64,000 nt of DNA from Eledone cirrhosa. Its lineage: Eukaryota. The notes beneath the pieces are model-generated. The model did not search any database. It worked only from the letters and a program-made list of their open reading frames with translations, and had not been told where the DNA came from. How positions within the stretch are numbered: position 1 is the first letter of the stretch; every line of letters begins with the position of its first letter. This document shows positions 24,701 to 37,600 of this stretch, in pieces. The position numbers were made by a program, and so were the translations under genes. The DNA lies in contig OZ024744.1 in NCBI GenBank assembly GCA_964016885.1, positions 129,766,001 through 129,830,000 on the forward strand, read 5' to 3'.

Positions 24701-27700
24701 GTTAAGTTAAGTTGATGTTAAGTTAAGTTGGGGTTAAGTTAAGTTGGGGTTAAGTTAAGTTGGGGCTAGGTTAAGTTGGGGTTAATTTAAGTTGGGGTTA
24801 AGTTAAGGTGGGGTTAAGTTAAGTTGGGGTCAACTTAAGTTGGGGTTAAGTTAAGTTGGGGTTAACTTAAGTTGGGGTTAAGTTAAGTTGGGGTTAAGTT
24901 AAGTTGGGGTTAAGTTAAGTTGGGGTTACGTTAAGTTGGGGGTAAGTCAAGTTGGTGGTAAGTTAAGTTGGGGGTAAGTTAAGATGGGGTTAAGTTAAGT
25001 TGGGGTTAATTTAATTTGGGGTTAAGTTAAGTTAGGGTTAAGTTAAGTTGGGGTTGAGTTAAGTTGGGGTTAAGTTAAGTTGGGGTTATGTTAAGTTGGG
25101 GTTAAGTTAAGTTGGGGTTAAGTTAAGTTGGGGTTCAATTAAGTTGCGGATAATTTAAGTTGGGGTTAAGTTAAGTTGGGGTTAAGTTAAGTTGGGGTTA
25201 AGTTAAGTTGGGGTTAAATTAAGTTGGGGTTAAATTGAGTTGGGGTTAAGTTAATTTGGGGTTATGTTAAGTTGGTGTTAAGTTAAGTTGGGGTTAAGTT
25301 AAGTTGGGGTTAAGTTAGGTTGGTGTTAATTTAAGTTGGGGGTAAGTTAAGTTGGGGGTAAGTTAAGTTGGTGTTAAGTTAAGTTGGGGTTAAGTTAAGT
25401 TGGGGTTAAGTTAAGTTGGGTTTAAGTTAAGTTGGGGCTAAGTTAAGTTAGGGCTAAGTTAAGTTGGGGTTAAGTAAAGTTAGGGCTAAGTTAAGTTGGG
25501 GTTAAGTTAAGTTGGGGTTAATTTAAGTTGGGGTTACATTAAGTTGATGTTAAGTTAAGTTGGGGTTAAGTTAAGTTGGGGTTAAGTTAAGTTGGGGTTA
25601 AATTAAGTTGGGGTTAAATTAAGTTGGGGTTAAGTTAAGTTGGGGTTAAGTTAGGTTGGTGTTAAGTTAAGTTGGGGTTAAGTTAATTTGTGGTTAAGTT
25701 AAGTTGGGGTTAAGTTAAGTTGGGGTTAAGTTCAGTCGGGGTTAAGTTAAGTCGGGGTTAAGTTAAGTTGGGGTTAAGTTAAGTTGCGGTTAAGTTAAGT
25801 TGGGGTTAAGTTAAGTTGGGGTTAAGTTAATTAGGGTTAAGTTCAGTTGGGGTTAAGTTAAGTTGGGGTTAAGTTAAGTTAAGTTAAGTTGGGTTTAAGT
25901 TAAGTTGGGGCTAAGTTAAGTTAGGGCTAAGTTAAGTTGGGGTTAAGTTAAGTTGGGGTTAATTTAAGTTGGGGTTACATTAAGTTGAGGTTAAGTTAAG
26001 TTGTGGTTAAGTTAAGTTAGGGTTAATTTAAGTTAGGGTTATGTTAAGTTGGGGTTAAGTTAAGTTGGGGTTAAGTTAGGTTGGTGTTAAGTTAAGTTGG
26101 GGTTAAGTTAATTTGTGGTTAAGTTAAGTTGGGGTTAAGTTAAGTTGGGGTTAAGTTCAGTCGGGGTTAAGTTAAGTCGGGGTTAAGTTAAGTTGGGGTT
26201 AAGTTAAGTTGGGGTTAAGTTAAGTTGGGGTTGAGTTAAGTTGTGGTTAAGTTAAGGTGGGGTTAAAATAAGTTGGGGTTAAGTTAAGTTGGGGTTGAGT
26301 TAAGTTGGGGTTGAGTTAATTTGGGGTTAAGTTAAGTTGGGGTTAACTTAAGTTGGGTTTAATTTAAGTTGGGGTTAATTTAAGTTGGGGTTAAATTAAG
26401 TTGGGGTTAAGTTAAGTTGGGGGTAAGATAAGTTGGGGTTAGTTAAGTTGCGGTTAAGTTAAGTTGGGGTTAAGTTAAGTTGGGGTTAATTTAAGTTGGG
26501 GTTAATTTAAGTTGGGGTTAAGTTAAGTTGGGGTTAATTTAAGTTGGGGTTAATTTAAGTTGGGGTTAAGTTAAGTTGGGGTTAAGTTAAGTTGGGGTAA
26601 AGTTAAGTTGGGGTTAAGTTAAGTTGGGGTTAAGTTAAGTTGGGGTTAAGTTGGGGTTAAGTTAAGTTAGGGTTAACTTAAGTTGGGGTTGTGTTAAGTG
26701 GTGGTTATGTTAAGTGGTGGTTATGTTAAGTTGGGGTTAAGTTAAGTTGGGGTTAAGTTAAATTGGGGTTAAGTTAAGTTGCGGTTAAGTTAAGTTGGGG
26801 TTAAGTTAAGTTGGGGTTAAGTTAATTAGGGTTAAGTTAAGTTGGGGTTAAGTTAAGTTGGGGTTAAGTTAAGTTGGGGTTAAGTTAAGTTGGGGTTAAG
26901 TTAAGTCGGGGTTAAGTTAAGTTATGGTTAAGTTAAGTTGGGGTTAATTTCAGTTGGGGTTAAGTTAAGTTGGGGTTAAGTTAAGTTGAGGTTAAAGTTA
27001 AGTAGGGGTTAAATTATGTTGGGGTTAAGTTAAGTTGGGGTTAAGTTGAGTTGGGGTTAAGTTAAGTTGGGGATAAGTTAAGTTGGGGATAAGTTAAGTT
27101 GGGGTTAATTAAGTTGGGTTTAAGTTAAGTTGGGGTTAAGTTAAGTTGGGGTTAAGTTAAGTTGGGGTTAAGTTAAGTTGGTTAGTTAAGTTGAGTTTAA
27201 GTTAAGTTGGGCTTAATTTAAGTTGGGGTTAAGTTAAGTTGGGGTTAAGTTAAGTTGGGGTTAAGTTAAGTTGGGGTTCAGTCAAGTTAAGTTGGGGTTA
27301 AGTTGGGGTAAAATTAAGTTAGGGTTAAGTTAAGTTGGGGTTAAGTTAAGTTGGGGTTAAGTTAAGTTGGGGTTAAGTTAAGTTGCGGTTAAGTTAAGTT
27401 GAGGTTAAATTAAGTTGGGGTTAAGTTAAGTTGGGGTTAATTTAAGTTGGGGCTAAGTTAAGTTGGGGCTAAGTTAAGTTGGGGCTAAGTTAAGTAGGGG
27501 TTAAGTTAACTTTGGGTTAAGTTATGTTGGGTTTGAGTTAAGTTGGGGTTAATTAAGTTGGGGTTAAGTTAAGTTGGGGTTAAGTTAAGTTGGGGTTAAG
27601 TTAAGTTGGTGTTAAGTTAAGTTGCGGTTAAGTTAAGTTGATGTTAAGTTAAGTTGGGGTTAAGTTAAGTTGGGGTTAAGTTAAGTTGGGGCTAAGTTAA

Positions 27701-30700
27701 GTTGGGGCTAAGTTAAGTTGGGGCTAAGTTAAGTTGGGGTTAAGTTAAGGTGGGGTTAAGTTAAGTTGGGGTCAACTTAAGTTGGGGTTAAGTTAAGTTG
27801 GGGTTAAGTTAAGTTGGGGTTAAGTTAAGTTGGGGTTAAGTTAAGTTGGGGTTACGTTAAGTTGGGGGTAAGTTAAGTTGGTGGTAAGTTAAGTTGGGGG
27901 TAAGTTAAGATGGGGTTAAGTTAAGTTGGGGTTAATTTAATTCGGGGTTAAGTTAAGTTAGGGTTAAGTTAAGTTGGGGTTATGTTAAGTTGGGGTTAAG
28001 TTAAGTTGGGGTTAAGTTAAGTTGGGGTTCAATTAAGTTGCGGTTAATTTAAGTTGGGTTTAAGTTAAGTTGGGGTTAAGTTAAGTTGGGGTTATGTTAA
28101 GTTGGTGTTAAGTTAAGTTGGGGTTAAGTTAAGTTGGGGTTAAGTTAAGTTGGGTTTAAGTTAAGTTGGGTTTAAGTTAAGTTGGGGCTAAGTTAAGTTA
28201 GGGCTAAGTTAAGTTGGGGTTAAGTTAAGTTGGGGTTAATTTAAGTTGGGGTTACATTAAGTTGAGGTTAAGTTAAGTTGTGGTTAAGTTAAGTTAGGGT
28301 TAATTTAAGTTAGGGTTATGTTAAGTTGGGGTTAAGTTAAGTTGGGGTTAAGTTAGGTTGGTGTTAAGTTAAGTTGGGGTTAAGTTAATTTGTGGTTAAG
28401 TTAAGTTGGGGTTAAGTTAAGTTGGGGTTAAGTTCAGTCGGGGTTAAGTTAAGTCGGGGTTAAGTTAAGTTGGGGTTAAGTTAAGTTGGGGTTAAGTTAA
28501 GTTGGGGTTGAGTTAAGTTGGGGTTAAGTTAAGGTGGGGTTAAAATAAGTTGGGGTTAAGTTAAGTTGGGGTTGAGTTAAGTTGGGGTTGAGTTAATTTG
28601 GGGTTAAGTTAAGTTGGGGTTAACTTAAGTTGGGTTTAATTTAAGTTGGGGTTAATTTAAGTTGGGGTTAAATTAAGTTGGGGTTAAGTTAAGTTGGGGG
28701 TAAGATAAGTTGGGGTTAGTTAAGTTGCGGTTAAGTTAAGTTGGGGTTAAGTTAAGTTGGGGTTAATTTAAGTTGGGGTTAATTTAAGTTGGGGTTAAGT
28801 TAAGTTGGGGTTAATTTAAGTTGGGGTTAATTTAAGTTGGGGTTAAGTTAAGTTGGGGTTAAGTTAAGTTGGGGTAAAGTTAAGTTGGGGTTAAGTTAAG
28901 TTAGGGTTAAGTTAAGTTGGGGTTATGTTAAGTTGGGGTTAAGTTAAGTTGGGGTTAAGTTAAGTTGGGGTTCAATTAAGTTGCGGTTAATTTAAGTTGG
29001 GTTTAAGTTAAGTTGGGGTTAAGTTAAGTTGGGGTTATGTTAAGTTGGTGTTAAGTTAAGTTGGGGTTAAGTTAAGTTGGGGTTAAGTTAAGTTGGGTTT
29101 AAGTTAAGTTGGGGCTAAGTTAAGTTAGGGCTAAGTTAAGTTGGGGTTAAGTAAAGTTAGGGCTAAGTTAAGTTGGGGTTAAGTTAAGTTGGGGTTAATT
29201 TAAGTTGGGGTTACATTAAGTTGAGGTTAAGTTAAGTTGGGGTTAAGTTAAGTTGGGTTTAAGTTAAGTTGGGGCTAAGTTAAGTTAGGGCTAAGTTAAG
29301 TTGGGGCTGAGTTAAGTTGGGGTTAAGTTAAGTTGGGGTTGAGTTAAGTTGGGGTTAAGTTAAGTTGGGGTTAAGTTAAGTTGGGGCTGAGTTAAGTTGG
29401 GGTTACGTTAAGTTGGGGTTAAGGTAAGTTGGGGTTAAGTTAAGTTCGGGTTAAGTTAAGTTGGTGTTAAGTTAAGTTGGGGCTGAGTTAAGTTGGGGCT
29501 AAGTTAAGTTGGGTCTAAGTTAAGTTGGGGTTAAGTTAAGTTGGGGTTAAGTTAAGTTGGTGTTAAATTAAGTTGGGGTTAAGTTAAGTTGGTGTTAAGT
29601 TAAGTTGGGGTTAAGTTAAGTTGGGGTTAATTAAGTTGGGGTTAAGTTAAGTTGGGGTTAAGTTAATTGGGGTTAAATTAAGTTAGGGTTGAGTTAAGTT
29701 GGGGTTAAGTTAAGTTGGGGTTATATTAAGTTGGGGTTAAGTTAAGTTGGGGTTAAGTAAAGTTGTGGTTCAGTTAAGTTGCGGTTAAGTTAAGTTGGGG
29801 TTAAGTTAAGTTAGGCTTAACTTAAGTTGGGGTTAAGTTAAGTTGGGGGTGAGTTAAGTTGGGGGTAAGTTAAGTTGGGGTTAAGTTAAGTTGGGGTTAA
29901 GTTGGGGTTAAGTTAATTTAGGGTTAAGTTAAGTTGGGGTTGAGTTAAGTTGGGGTTAAGTTAAGTGGTGGTTATGTTAAGTTGGGGTTAAGTTAAGTTG
30001 GGGTTAATTTAAATTGGGGTTAATTTAACTTTGTGGTTAAGTTAAGTTGGGGTTAATTTAAGTTGGGGTTAAGTTAAGTTGGGGTTAATTTAATTTGTGG
30101 TTAAGTTAAGTTGGGGTTAAGTTAAGTTGGGGTTGAGTTAAGCTGGGGTTAAGTTAAGTTGGGGTTAAAATAAGTTGGGGTTAAGTTAAGTTGGGGTTGA
30201 GTTAAGTTGGGGTTGAGTTAATTCGGGGTTAAGTTAAGTTGGGGTTAACTTAAGTTGGGTTTAATTTAAGTTGGGGTTAAGTTAAGTTGGGGTTATAATT
30301 AAGTTGGGGTTAAGTTAAGTTGGGGGTAAGATAAGTTGGGGTTAGTTAAGTTGCGGTTAAGTTAAGTTGGGGTTAAGTTAAGTTGGGGTTAAGTTAAGTT
30401 GGGGTTAAGTTAAGTTGGGGTTAATTTAAGTTGGGGTTAATTTAAGTTGGGGTAAAGTTAAGTTGGGGGTAAGTTAAGTTGGGGTTAAGTTAAGTTGGGG
30501 TTAAGTTGGGGTTAAGTTAGGGTTAACTTAAGTTGGGGTTGTGTTAAGTGGTGGTTATGTTAAGTGGTGGTTATGTTAAGTTGGGGTTAAGTTAAGTTGG
30601 GGTTAAGTTAAATTGGGGTTAAGTTAAGTTGCGGTTAAGTTAAGTTGGGGTTAAGTTAAGTTGGGGTTAAGTTAATTAGGTTTAAGTTAAGTTGGGGTTA

Positions 30701-31690
30701 AGTTAAGTTGGGGTTAAGTTAAGTTGGGGTTAAGTTAATTTGTGGTTAAGTTAAGTTGGGGTTAAGTTAAGTTGGGGTTAAGTTAAGTTGGGGAAAAGTT
30801 AAGTTGAGGATAAGTTAAGTTGGGGTTAATTAAGTTGGCTTTAAGTTAAGTTGGGGTTAAGTTAAGTTGGGGTTAAGTTAAGTTGGGGTTAAGTTAAGTT
30901 GGTTAGTTAAGTTGAGTTTAAGTTAAGTTGGGGTTAATTTAAGTTGGGGTTAAGTTAAGTTGGGGTTAAGTTAAGTTGGGGTTAAGTTAAGTTGGGGTTC
31001 AGTTAAGTTGGGGTTAAGTTAAGTTGGGGTTAAGTTGGGGTAAACTTAAGTTGGGGTTAAGTTAAGTTGCGGGTAAGTTAAGTTGAGGTTAAGTTAAGTT
31101 GGGGTTAAGTTAAGTTGGGGTTAAGTTAAGTTGGGGCTAAGTTAAGTTGGAGCTAAGTTAAGTTGGGGCTAAGTTAAGTTGGGGTTAAGTTAAGTTGGGG
31201 TTAAGTTAAGGTGGGGTTAAGTTAAGTTGGGGTCAACTTAAGTTGGGGTTAATTTAAGTTGGGGTTAACTTAAGTTGGGGTTAAGTTAAGTTGGGGTTAA
31301 GTTAAGTTGGGGTTAAGTTAAGTTGGGGTTACGTTAAGTTGGGGGTAAGTTAAGTTGGTGGTAAGTTAAGTTGGGGGTAAGTTAAGATGGGGTTAAGTTA
31401 AGTTGGGGTTAATTTAATTTGGGGTTAAGTTAAGTTAGGGTTAAGTTAAGTTGGGGTTGAGTTAAGTTGGGGTTAAGTTAAGTTAGGGTTATGTTAAGTT
31501 GGGGTTAAGTTAAGTTGGGGTTAAGTTAAGTTGGGGTTCAATTAAGTTGCGGTTAATTTAAGTTGGGGTTAAGTTAAGTTGGGGTTAAGTTAAGTTGGGG
31601 TTAAGTTAAGTTGGGGTTAAATTAAGTTGGGGTTAAATTAAGTTGGGGTTAAGTTAAGTTGGGGTTATGTTAAGTTGGTGTTAAGTTAAG
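18800..31690 (+). repeat. Older, rearranged ~6.7-7.6 kb duplication (about 18800-24250 versus 25520-31690)
   Basis: TTACATTAAGTTGATG 18817/25537 (6720), TAGGGG 20353/27003 (6650), TTATAATT 22694/30293 (7599, after a ~0.94 kb extra segment in the second copy). It shows more point differences than the 4225-17830 pair. Confidence 0.75.
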
Positions 31691-34600
31691 TTGGGGTTAA
31701 GTTAAGTTGTGGTTAAGTTAGGTTGGTGTTAATTTAAGTTGGGGGTAAGTTAAGTTGGGGGTAAGTTAAGTTGGTGTTAAGTTAAGTTGGGGTTAAGTTA
31801 AGTTGGGGTTAAGTTAGGGTCGAGTTAAGTTGGGGTTAAGTTAAGTGGGGGTTCATTTAAGTTGCGGTTAAGTTAAGTTGGTGTTAAGTTAAGTTGGGGT
31901 TAAGTTAAGTTGGGGTTAAATTAAGTTGGGGTTAAGTTAAGTTGGGGTTAAGTTAAGTTGGGGTTAAGTTAAGTTGCGGTTAAGTTAAGTTGGGGTTAAG
32001 TTAAGTTGGGGTTAAATTAAGTTGGGGTTAAGTTAAGTTGGGGTTAAGTTAAGTTGGGATAAAGTTAAGTTGGTGTTAAGTTAAGTTGAGGTTAAGTTTA
32101 CTTGGGGTTAAGTTAAGTTGCGGTTAAGTTAAGTTGGGGTTGAGTTAAGTTGGTGTTGAGTGAAGTTGGGGTTAATTTAAGTTGGGGTTAATTTAAGTTG
32201 GGGTTCATTTAAGTTGCGGTTAAGTTAAGTTGGTGTTAAGTTAAGTTGGGGTTAAGTTAAGTTGGGGTTAAATTAAGTTGGGGTTAAGTTAAGTTGGGGT
32301 TAAGTTAAGTTGGGGTTAAGTTAAGTTGGGGTTAAGTTAAGTTGGGGTTAAGTTAATTTGTGGTTAAGTTAAGTTGGGGTTAAGTTAAGTTGGGGTTAAA
32401 TTCAGTCGGGGTTAAGTTAAGTCGGGGTTAAGTTACGTTGGGGTTAAGTTAAGTTGGGGTTAAGTTAAGTTGGGGTTGAGTTAAGTTGGGGTTAAGTTAA
32501 GTTGGGGTTAAAATAAGTTGGGGTTAAGTTAAGTTGGGGTTCATTTAAGTTGCGGTTAAGTTAAGTTGGTGTTAAGTTAAGTTGGGGTTAAGTTAAGTTG
32601 GGGTTAAATTAAGTTGGGGTTAAGTTAAGTTGGGGTTAAGTTAAGTTGGGGTTAAGTTAAGTTGCGGTTAAGTTAAGTTGGGGTTAAGTTAAGTTGGGGT
32701 TAAATTAAGTTGGGGTTAAGTTAAGTTGGGGTTAAGTTAAGTTGGGATAAAGTTAAGTTGGTGTTAAGTTAAGTTGAGGTTAAGTTTACTTGGGGTTAAG
32801 TTAAGTTGCGATTAAGTTAAGTTGGGGTTGAGTTAAGTTGGTGTTGAGTTAAGTTGGGGTTAATTTAAGTTGGGGTTAATTTAAGTTGGGGTTAAGCTAA
32901 GTTGGGGTTAAGTTAAATCGAGGTTAAGTTAAGTTGGGCTTAAGTTAAAATGGGGTTAATTTAAGTTGGGGTTAAGTTAAGTTGGGTTTAAGTTAAGTTG
33001 GGGTTAAGTTAAGTTGGGGTTAAGTTAAGTTGGGGTTACATTAAGGTGGGGTTAAGTTAAGTTGGGGTTAAGTTAAGTTGGGCGTTAAGTTAATTTGGGG
33101 TTAAGTTAAGTTAGGGTTAAGTTAAGTTGGGGTTGAGTTAAGTTGGGGGTAAGTTAAGTTGGGGTTAAGTTAAGTTGGGGTTAAGTTAAGTTGGGGTTAA
33201 GTTAAGTTAGGCTTAACTTAAGTTGGGGTTAAGTTAAGTTGGGGGTGAGTTAAGTTGGGGGTAAGTTAAGTTGGGGTTAAGTTAAGTTGGGGGTAAGTTA
33301 ATTTGGGGTTGAGTTAAGTTGGGGTTAAGTTAAGTGGTGGTTATGTTAAGTTGGGGTTAAGTTAAGTTGGGGTTAATTTAAATTGGGGTTAATTTAACTT
33401 TGTTGTTAAGTTAAGTTGGGGTTAATTTAAGTTGGGGTTAAGTTAAGTTGGGGTTGAGTTAAGTTAGGGTTGAGTGAAGTTGGGGTTAAGTTAAGTTGGG
33501 GTTAAATTAAGTTGGGGTTAAGTTAAGTTGGGGTTAATTTAAGTTGGGGTTAAGTTAAGTTGGGGTTAAGTTAATTTGTGGTTAAGTTAAGTTGGGGTTA
33601 AGTTAAGTTGGGGTTAAATTCAGTCGGGGTTAAGTTAAGTCGGGGTTAAGTTACGTTGGGGTTAAGTTAAGTTGGGGTTAAGTTAAGTTGGGGTTGAGTT
33701 AAGTTGGGGTTAAGTTAAGTTGGGGTTAAAATAAGTTGGGGTTAAGTTAAGTTGGGGTTGAGTTAAGTTGGGGTTGAGTGAAGTTGGGGTTAAGTTACGT
33801 TGGGGTTAAATTAAGTTGGGGTTAAGTTAAGTTGGGGGTAAGATAAGTTGGGGTTAGTTAAGTTGCGGTTAAGTTAAGTTGGGGTTAAGTTAAGTTGGGG
33901 TTAAGTTAAGTTGGGGTTAAGTTAAGTTGGGGTTAATTTAAGTTGGGGTTAAGTTAAGTTGGGGTTAATTTAAGTTGGGGTTAATTTAAGTTGGGGTTAA
34001 GTTAAGTTGGGGTTAAGTTAAGTTGGGGTAAAGTTAAGTTGGGGGTAAGTTAAGTTGGGGTTAAGTTAAGTTGGGGTTAAGTTGGGGTTAAGTTAAGTTA
34101 GGGTTAACTTAAGTTGGGGTTGTGTTAAGTGGTGGTTATGTTAAGTGGTGGTTATGTTAAGTTGGGGTTAAGTTAAATTGGGGTTAAGTTAAGTTGCGGT
34201 TAAGTTAAGTTGGGGTTAAGTTAAGTTGGGGTTAAGTTAATTAGGGTTAAGTTAAGTTGGGGTTAAGTTAAGTTGGGGTTAAGTTAATTTGTTGTTAAGT
34301 TAAGTTGGGGTTAAGTTAAGTTGGGGTTAAGTTAAGTTGGAGATAAGTTAAGTTGGGGATAAGTTAAGTTGGGGTTAATTAAGTTGGGTTTATTTAAGTT
34401 GGGGTTAAGTTAAGTTGGGGTTAAGTTAAGTTGGGGTTAAGTTAAGTTGGTTAGTTAAGTTGAGTTTAAGTTAAGTTGGGGTTAATTTAAGTTGGGGTTA
34501 AGTTAAGTTGGGGTTAAGTTAAGTTGGGGTTAAGTTAAGTTGGGGTTAAGTTAAGTTGGGGTTCAGTTAAGTTGGGGTTAAGTTAAGTTGGGGTTAAGTT

Positions 34601-37600
34601 GGGGTAAAATTAAGTTGGGGTTAAGTTAAGTTGGGGTTAAGTTAAGTTGGGGTTAAGTTAAGTTGCGGTTAAGTTAAGTTGAGGTTAAGTTAAGTTGGAG
34701 TTAAGTTAAGTTGGGGTTAAGTTAAGTTGGGGCTAAGTTAAGTTGGGGCTAAGTTAAGTTGGGGCTAAGTTAAGTTGGGGTTAAGTTAACTTTGGGTTAA
34801 GTTAAGTTGGGTTTGAGTTAAGTTGGGGTTAATTAAGTTGGGGTTAAGTTAAGTTGGGGTTAAGTTAAGTTGGGGGTAAGTTAAGTTGGGGTTAAGTTAA
34901 GTTGGGGTTAAGTTAAGTTGGGGTTAAGTTAAGTTAGGCTTAACTTAAGTTGGGGTTAAGTTAAGTTGGGGGTGAGTTAAGTTGGGGGTAAGTTAAGTTG
35001 GGGTTAAGTTAAGTTGGGGGTAAGTTAATTTGGGGTTGAGTTAAGTTGGGGTTAAGTTAAGTGGTGGTTATGTTAAGTTGGGGTTAAGTTAAGTTGGGGT
35101 TAATTTAAATTGGGGTTAATTTAACTTTGTTGTTAAGTTAAGTTGGGGTTAATTTAAGTTGGGGTTAAGTTAAGTTGGGGTTGAGTTAAGTTGGGGTTGA
35201 GTGAAGTTGGGGTTAAGTTAAGTTGGGGTTAAATTAAGTTGGGGTTAAGTTAAGTTGGGGTTAATTTAAGTTGGGGTTAAGTTAAGTTGGGGTTAAGTTA
35301 ATTTGTGGTTAAGTTAAGTTGGGGTTAAGTTAAGTTGGGGTTAAATTCAGTCGGGGTTAAGTTAAGTCGGGGTTAAGTTACGTTGGGGTTAAGTTAAGTT
35401 GGGGTTAAGTTAAGTTGGGGTTGAGTTAAGTTGGGGTTAAGTTAAGTTGGGGTTAAAATAAGTTGGGGTTAAGTTAAGTTGGGGTTGAGTTAAGTTGGGG
35501 TTGAGTGAAGTTGGGGTTAAGTTACGTTGGGGTTAAATTAAGTTGGGGTTAAGTTAAGTTGGGGGTAAGATAAGTTGGGGTTAGTTAAGTTGCGGTTAAG
35601 TTAAGTTGGGGTTAAGTTAAGTTGGGGTTAAGTTAAGTTGGAGTTAATTTAAGTTGGGGTTAAGTTAAGTTGGGGTTAAGTTAAGTTGGGGTAAAGTTAA
35701 GTTGGGGGTAAGTTAAGTTGGGGTTAAGTTAAGTTGGGGTTAAGTTGGGGTTAAGTTAAGTTAGGGTTAACTTAAGTTGGGGTTGTGTTAAGTGGTGGTT
35801 ATGTTAAGTGGTGGTTATGTTAAGTTGGGGTTAAGTTAAATTGGGGTTAAGTTAAGTTGCGGTTAATTTAAGTTGGGGTTAAGTTAAGTTGGGGTTAAGT
35901 TAATTAGGGTTAAGTTAAGTTGGGGTTAAGTTAAGTTGGGGTTAAGTTAATTTGTTGTTAAGTTAAGTTGGGGTTAAGTTAAGTTGGTGTTAAGTTAAGT
36001 TGGGGATAAGTTAAGTTGGGGATAAGTTAAGTTGGGGTTAATTAAGTTGGGTTTATTTAAGTTGGGGTTAAGTTAAGTTGGGGTTAAGTTAAGTTGGGGT
36101 TAAGTTAAGTTGGTTAGTTAAGTTGAGTTTAAGTTAAGTTGGGGTTAATTTAAGTTGGGGTTAAGTTAAGTTGGGGTTAAGTTAAGTTGGGGTTAAGTTA
36201 AGTTGGGGTTAAGTTAAGTTGGGGTTCAGTTAAGTTGGGGTTAAGTTAAGTTGGGGTTAAGTTGGGGTAAAATTAAGTTGGGGTTAAGTTAAGTTGGGGT
36301 TAAGTTAAGTTGGGGTTAAGTTAAGTTGCGGTTAAGTTAAGTTGAGGTTAAGTTAAGTTGGAGTTAAGTTAAGTTGGGGTTAAGTTAAGTTGGGGCTAAG
36401 TTAAGTTGGGGCTAAGTTAAGTTGGGGCTAAGTTAAGTTGGGGTTAAGTTAACTTTGGGTTAAGTTAAGTTGGGTTTGAGTTAAGTTGGGGTTAATTAAG
36501 TTGGGGTTAAGTTAAGTTGGGGTTAAGTTAAGTTGGGGTTAAGTTAAGTTGGGGTTAAGTTAAGTTGCGGTTAAGTTAAGTTGAGGTTAAGTTAAGTTGG
36601 GGTTAAGTTAAGTTGGGGCTAAGTTAAGTTGGAGCTAAGTTAAGTTGGGGCTAAGTTAAGTTGGGGTTAAGTTAAGTTGGGGTTAAGTTAAGGTGGGGTT
36701 AAGTTAAGTTGGGGTCAACTTAAGTTGGGGTTAAGTTAAGTTGGGGTTAACTTAAGTTGGGGTTAAATTAAGTTGGGGTTAAGTTAAGTTGGGGTTAAGT
36801 TAAGTTGGGGTTAAGTTAAGTTGGGGGTCAGTTAAGTTGGTGGTAAGTTAAGTTGGGGGTAAGTTAAGATGGGGTAAAGTTAAGTTGGGGTTAATTTAAT
36901 TTGGGGTTAAGTTAAGTTAGGGTTAAGTTAAGTTGGGGTTGAGTTAAGTTGGGGTTAAGTTAAGTTGGGGTTATGTTAAGTGGGGGTTAAGTTAAGTTGG
37001 GGTTAAGTTAAGTTGGGGTTCAATTAAGTTGCGGATAATTTAAGTTGGGGTTAAGTTAAGTTGGGGTTAAGTTAAGTTGGGGTTAAGTTAAGTTGGGGTT
37101 AAATTAAGTTGGGTTTAAATTAAGTTGGGGTTAAGTTAAGTTGGGGTTATGTTAAGTTGGTGTTAAGTTAAGTTGGGGTTAAGTTAAGTTGGGGTTAAGT
37201 TAGGTTGGTGTTAATTTAAGTTGGGGGTAAGTTAAGTTGGGGGTAAGTTAAGTTGGTGTTAAGTTAAGTTGGGGTTAAGTTAAGTTGGGGTTAAGTTAAG
37301 TTGGGTTTAAGTTAAGTTGGGGCTAAGTTAAGTTAGGGCTAAGTTAAGTTGGGGTTAAGTAAAGTTAGGGCTAAGTTAAGTTGGGGTTAAGTTAAGTTGG
37401 GGTTAATTTAAGTTGGGGTTACATTAAGTTGAGGTTAAGTTAAGTTGTGGTTAAGTTAAGTTAGGGTTAATTTAAGTTAGGGTTATGTTAAGTTGGGGTT
37501 AAGTTAAGTTGGGGTTAAGTTAGGTTGGTGTTAAGTTAAGTTGGGGTTAAGTTAATTTGTGGTTAAGTTAAGTTGGGGTTAAGTTAAGTTGGGGTTAAGT

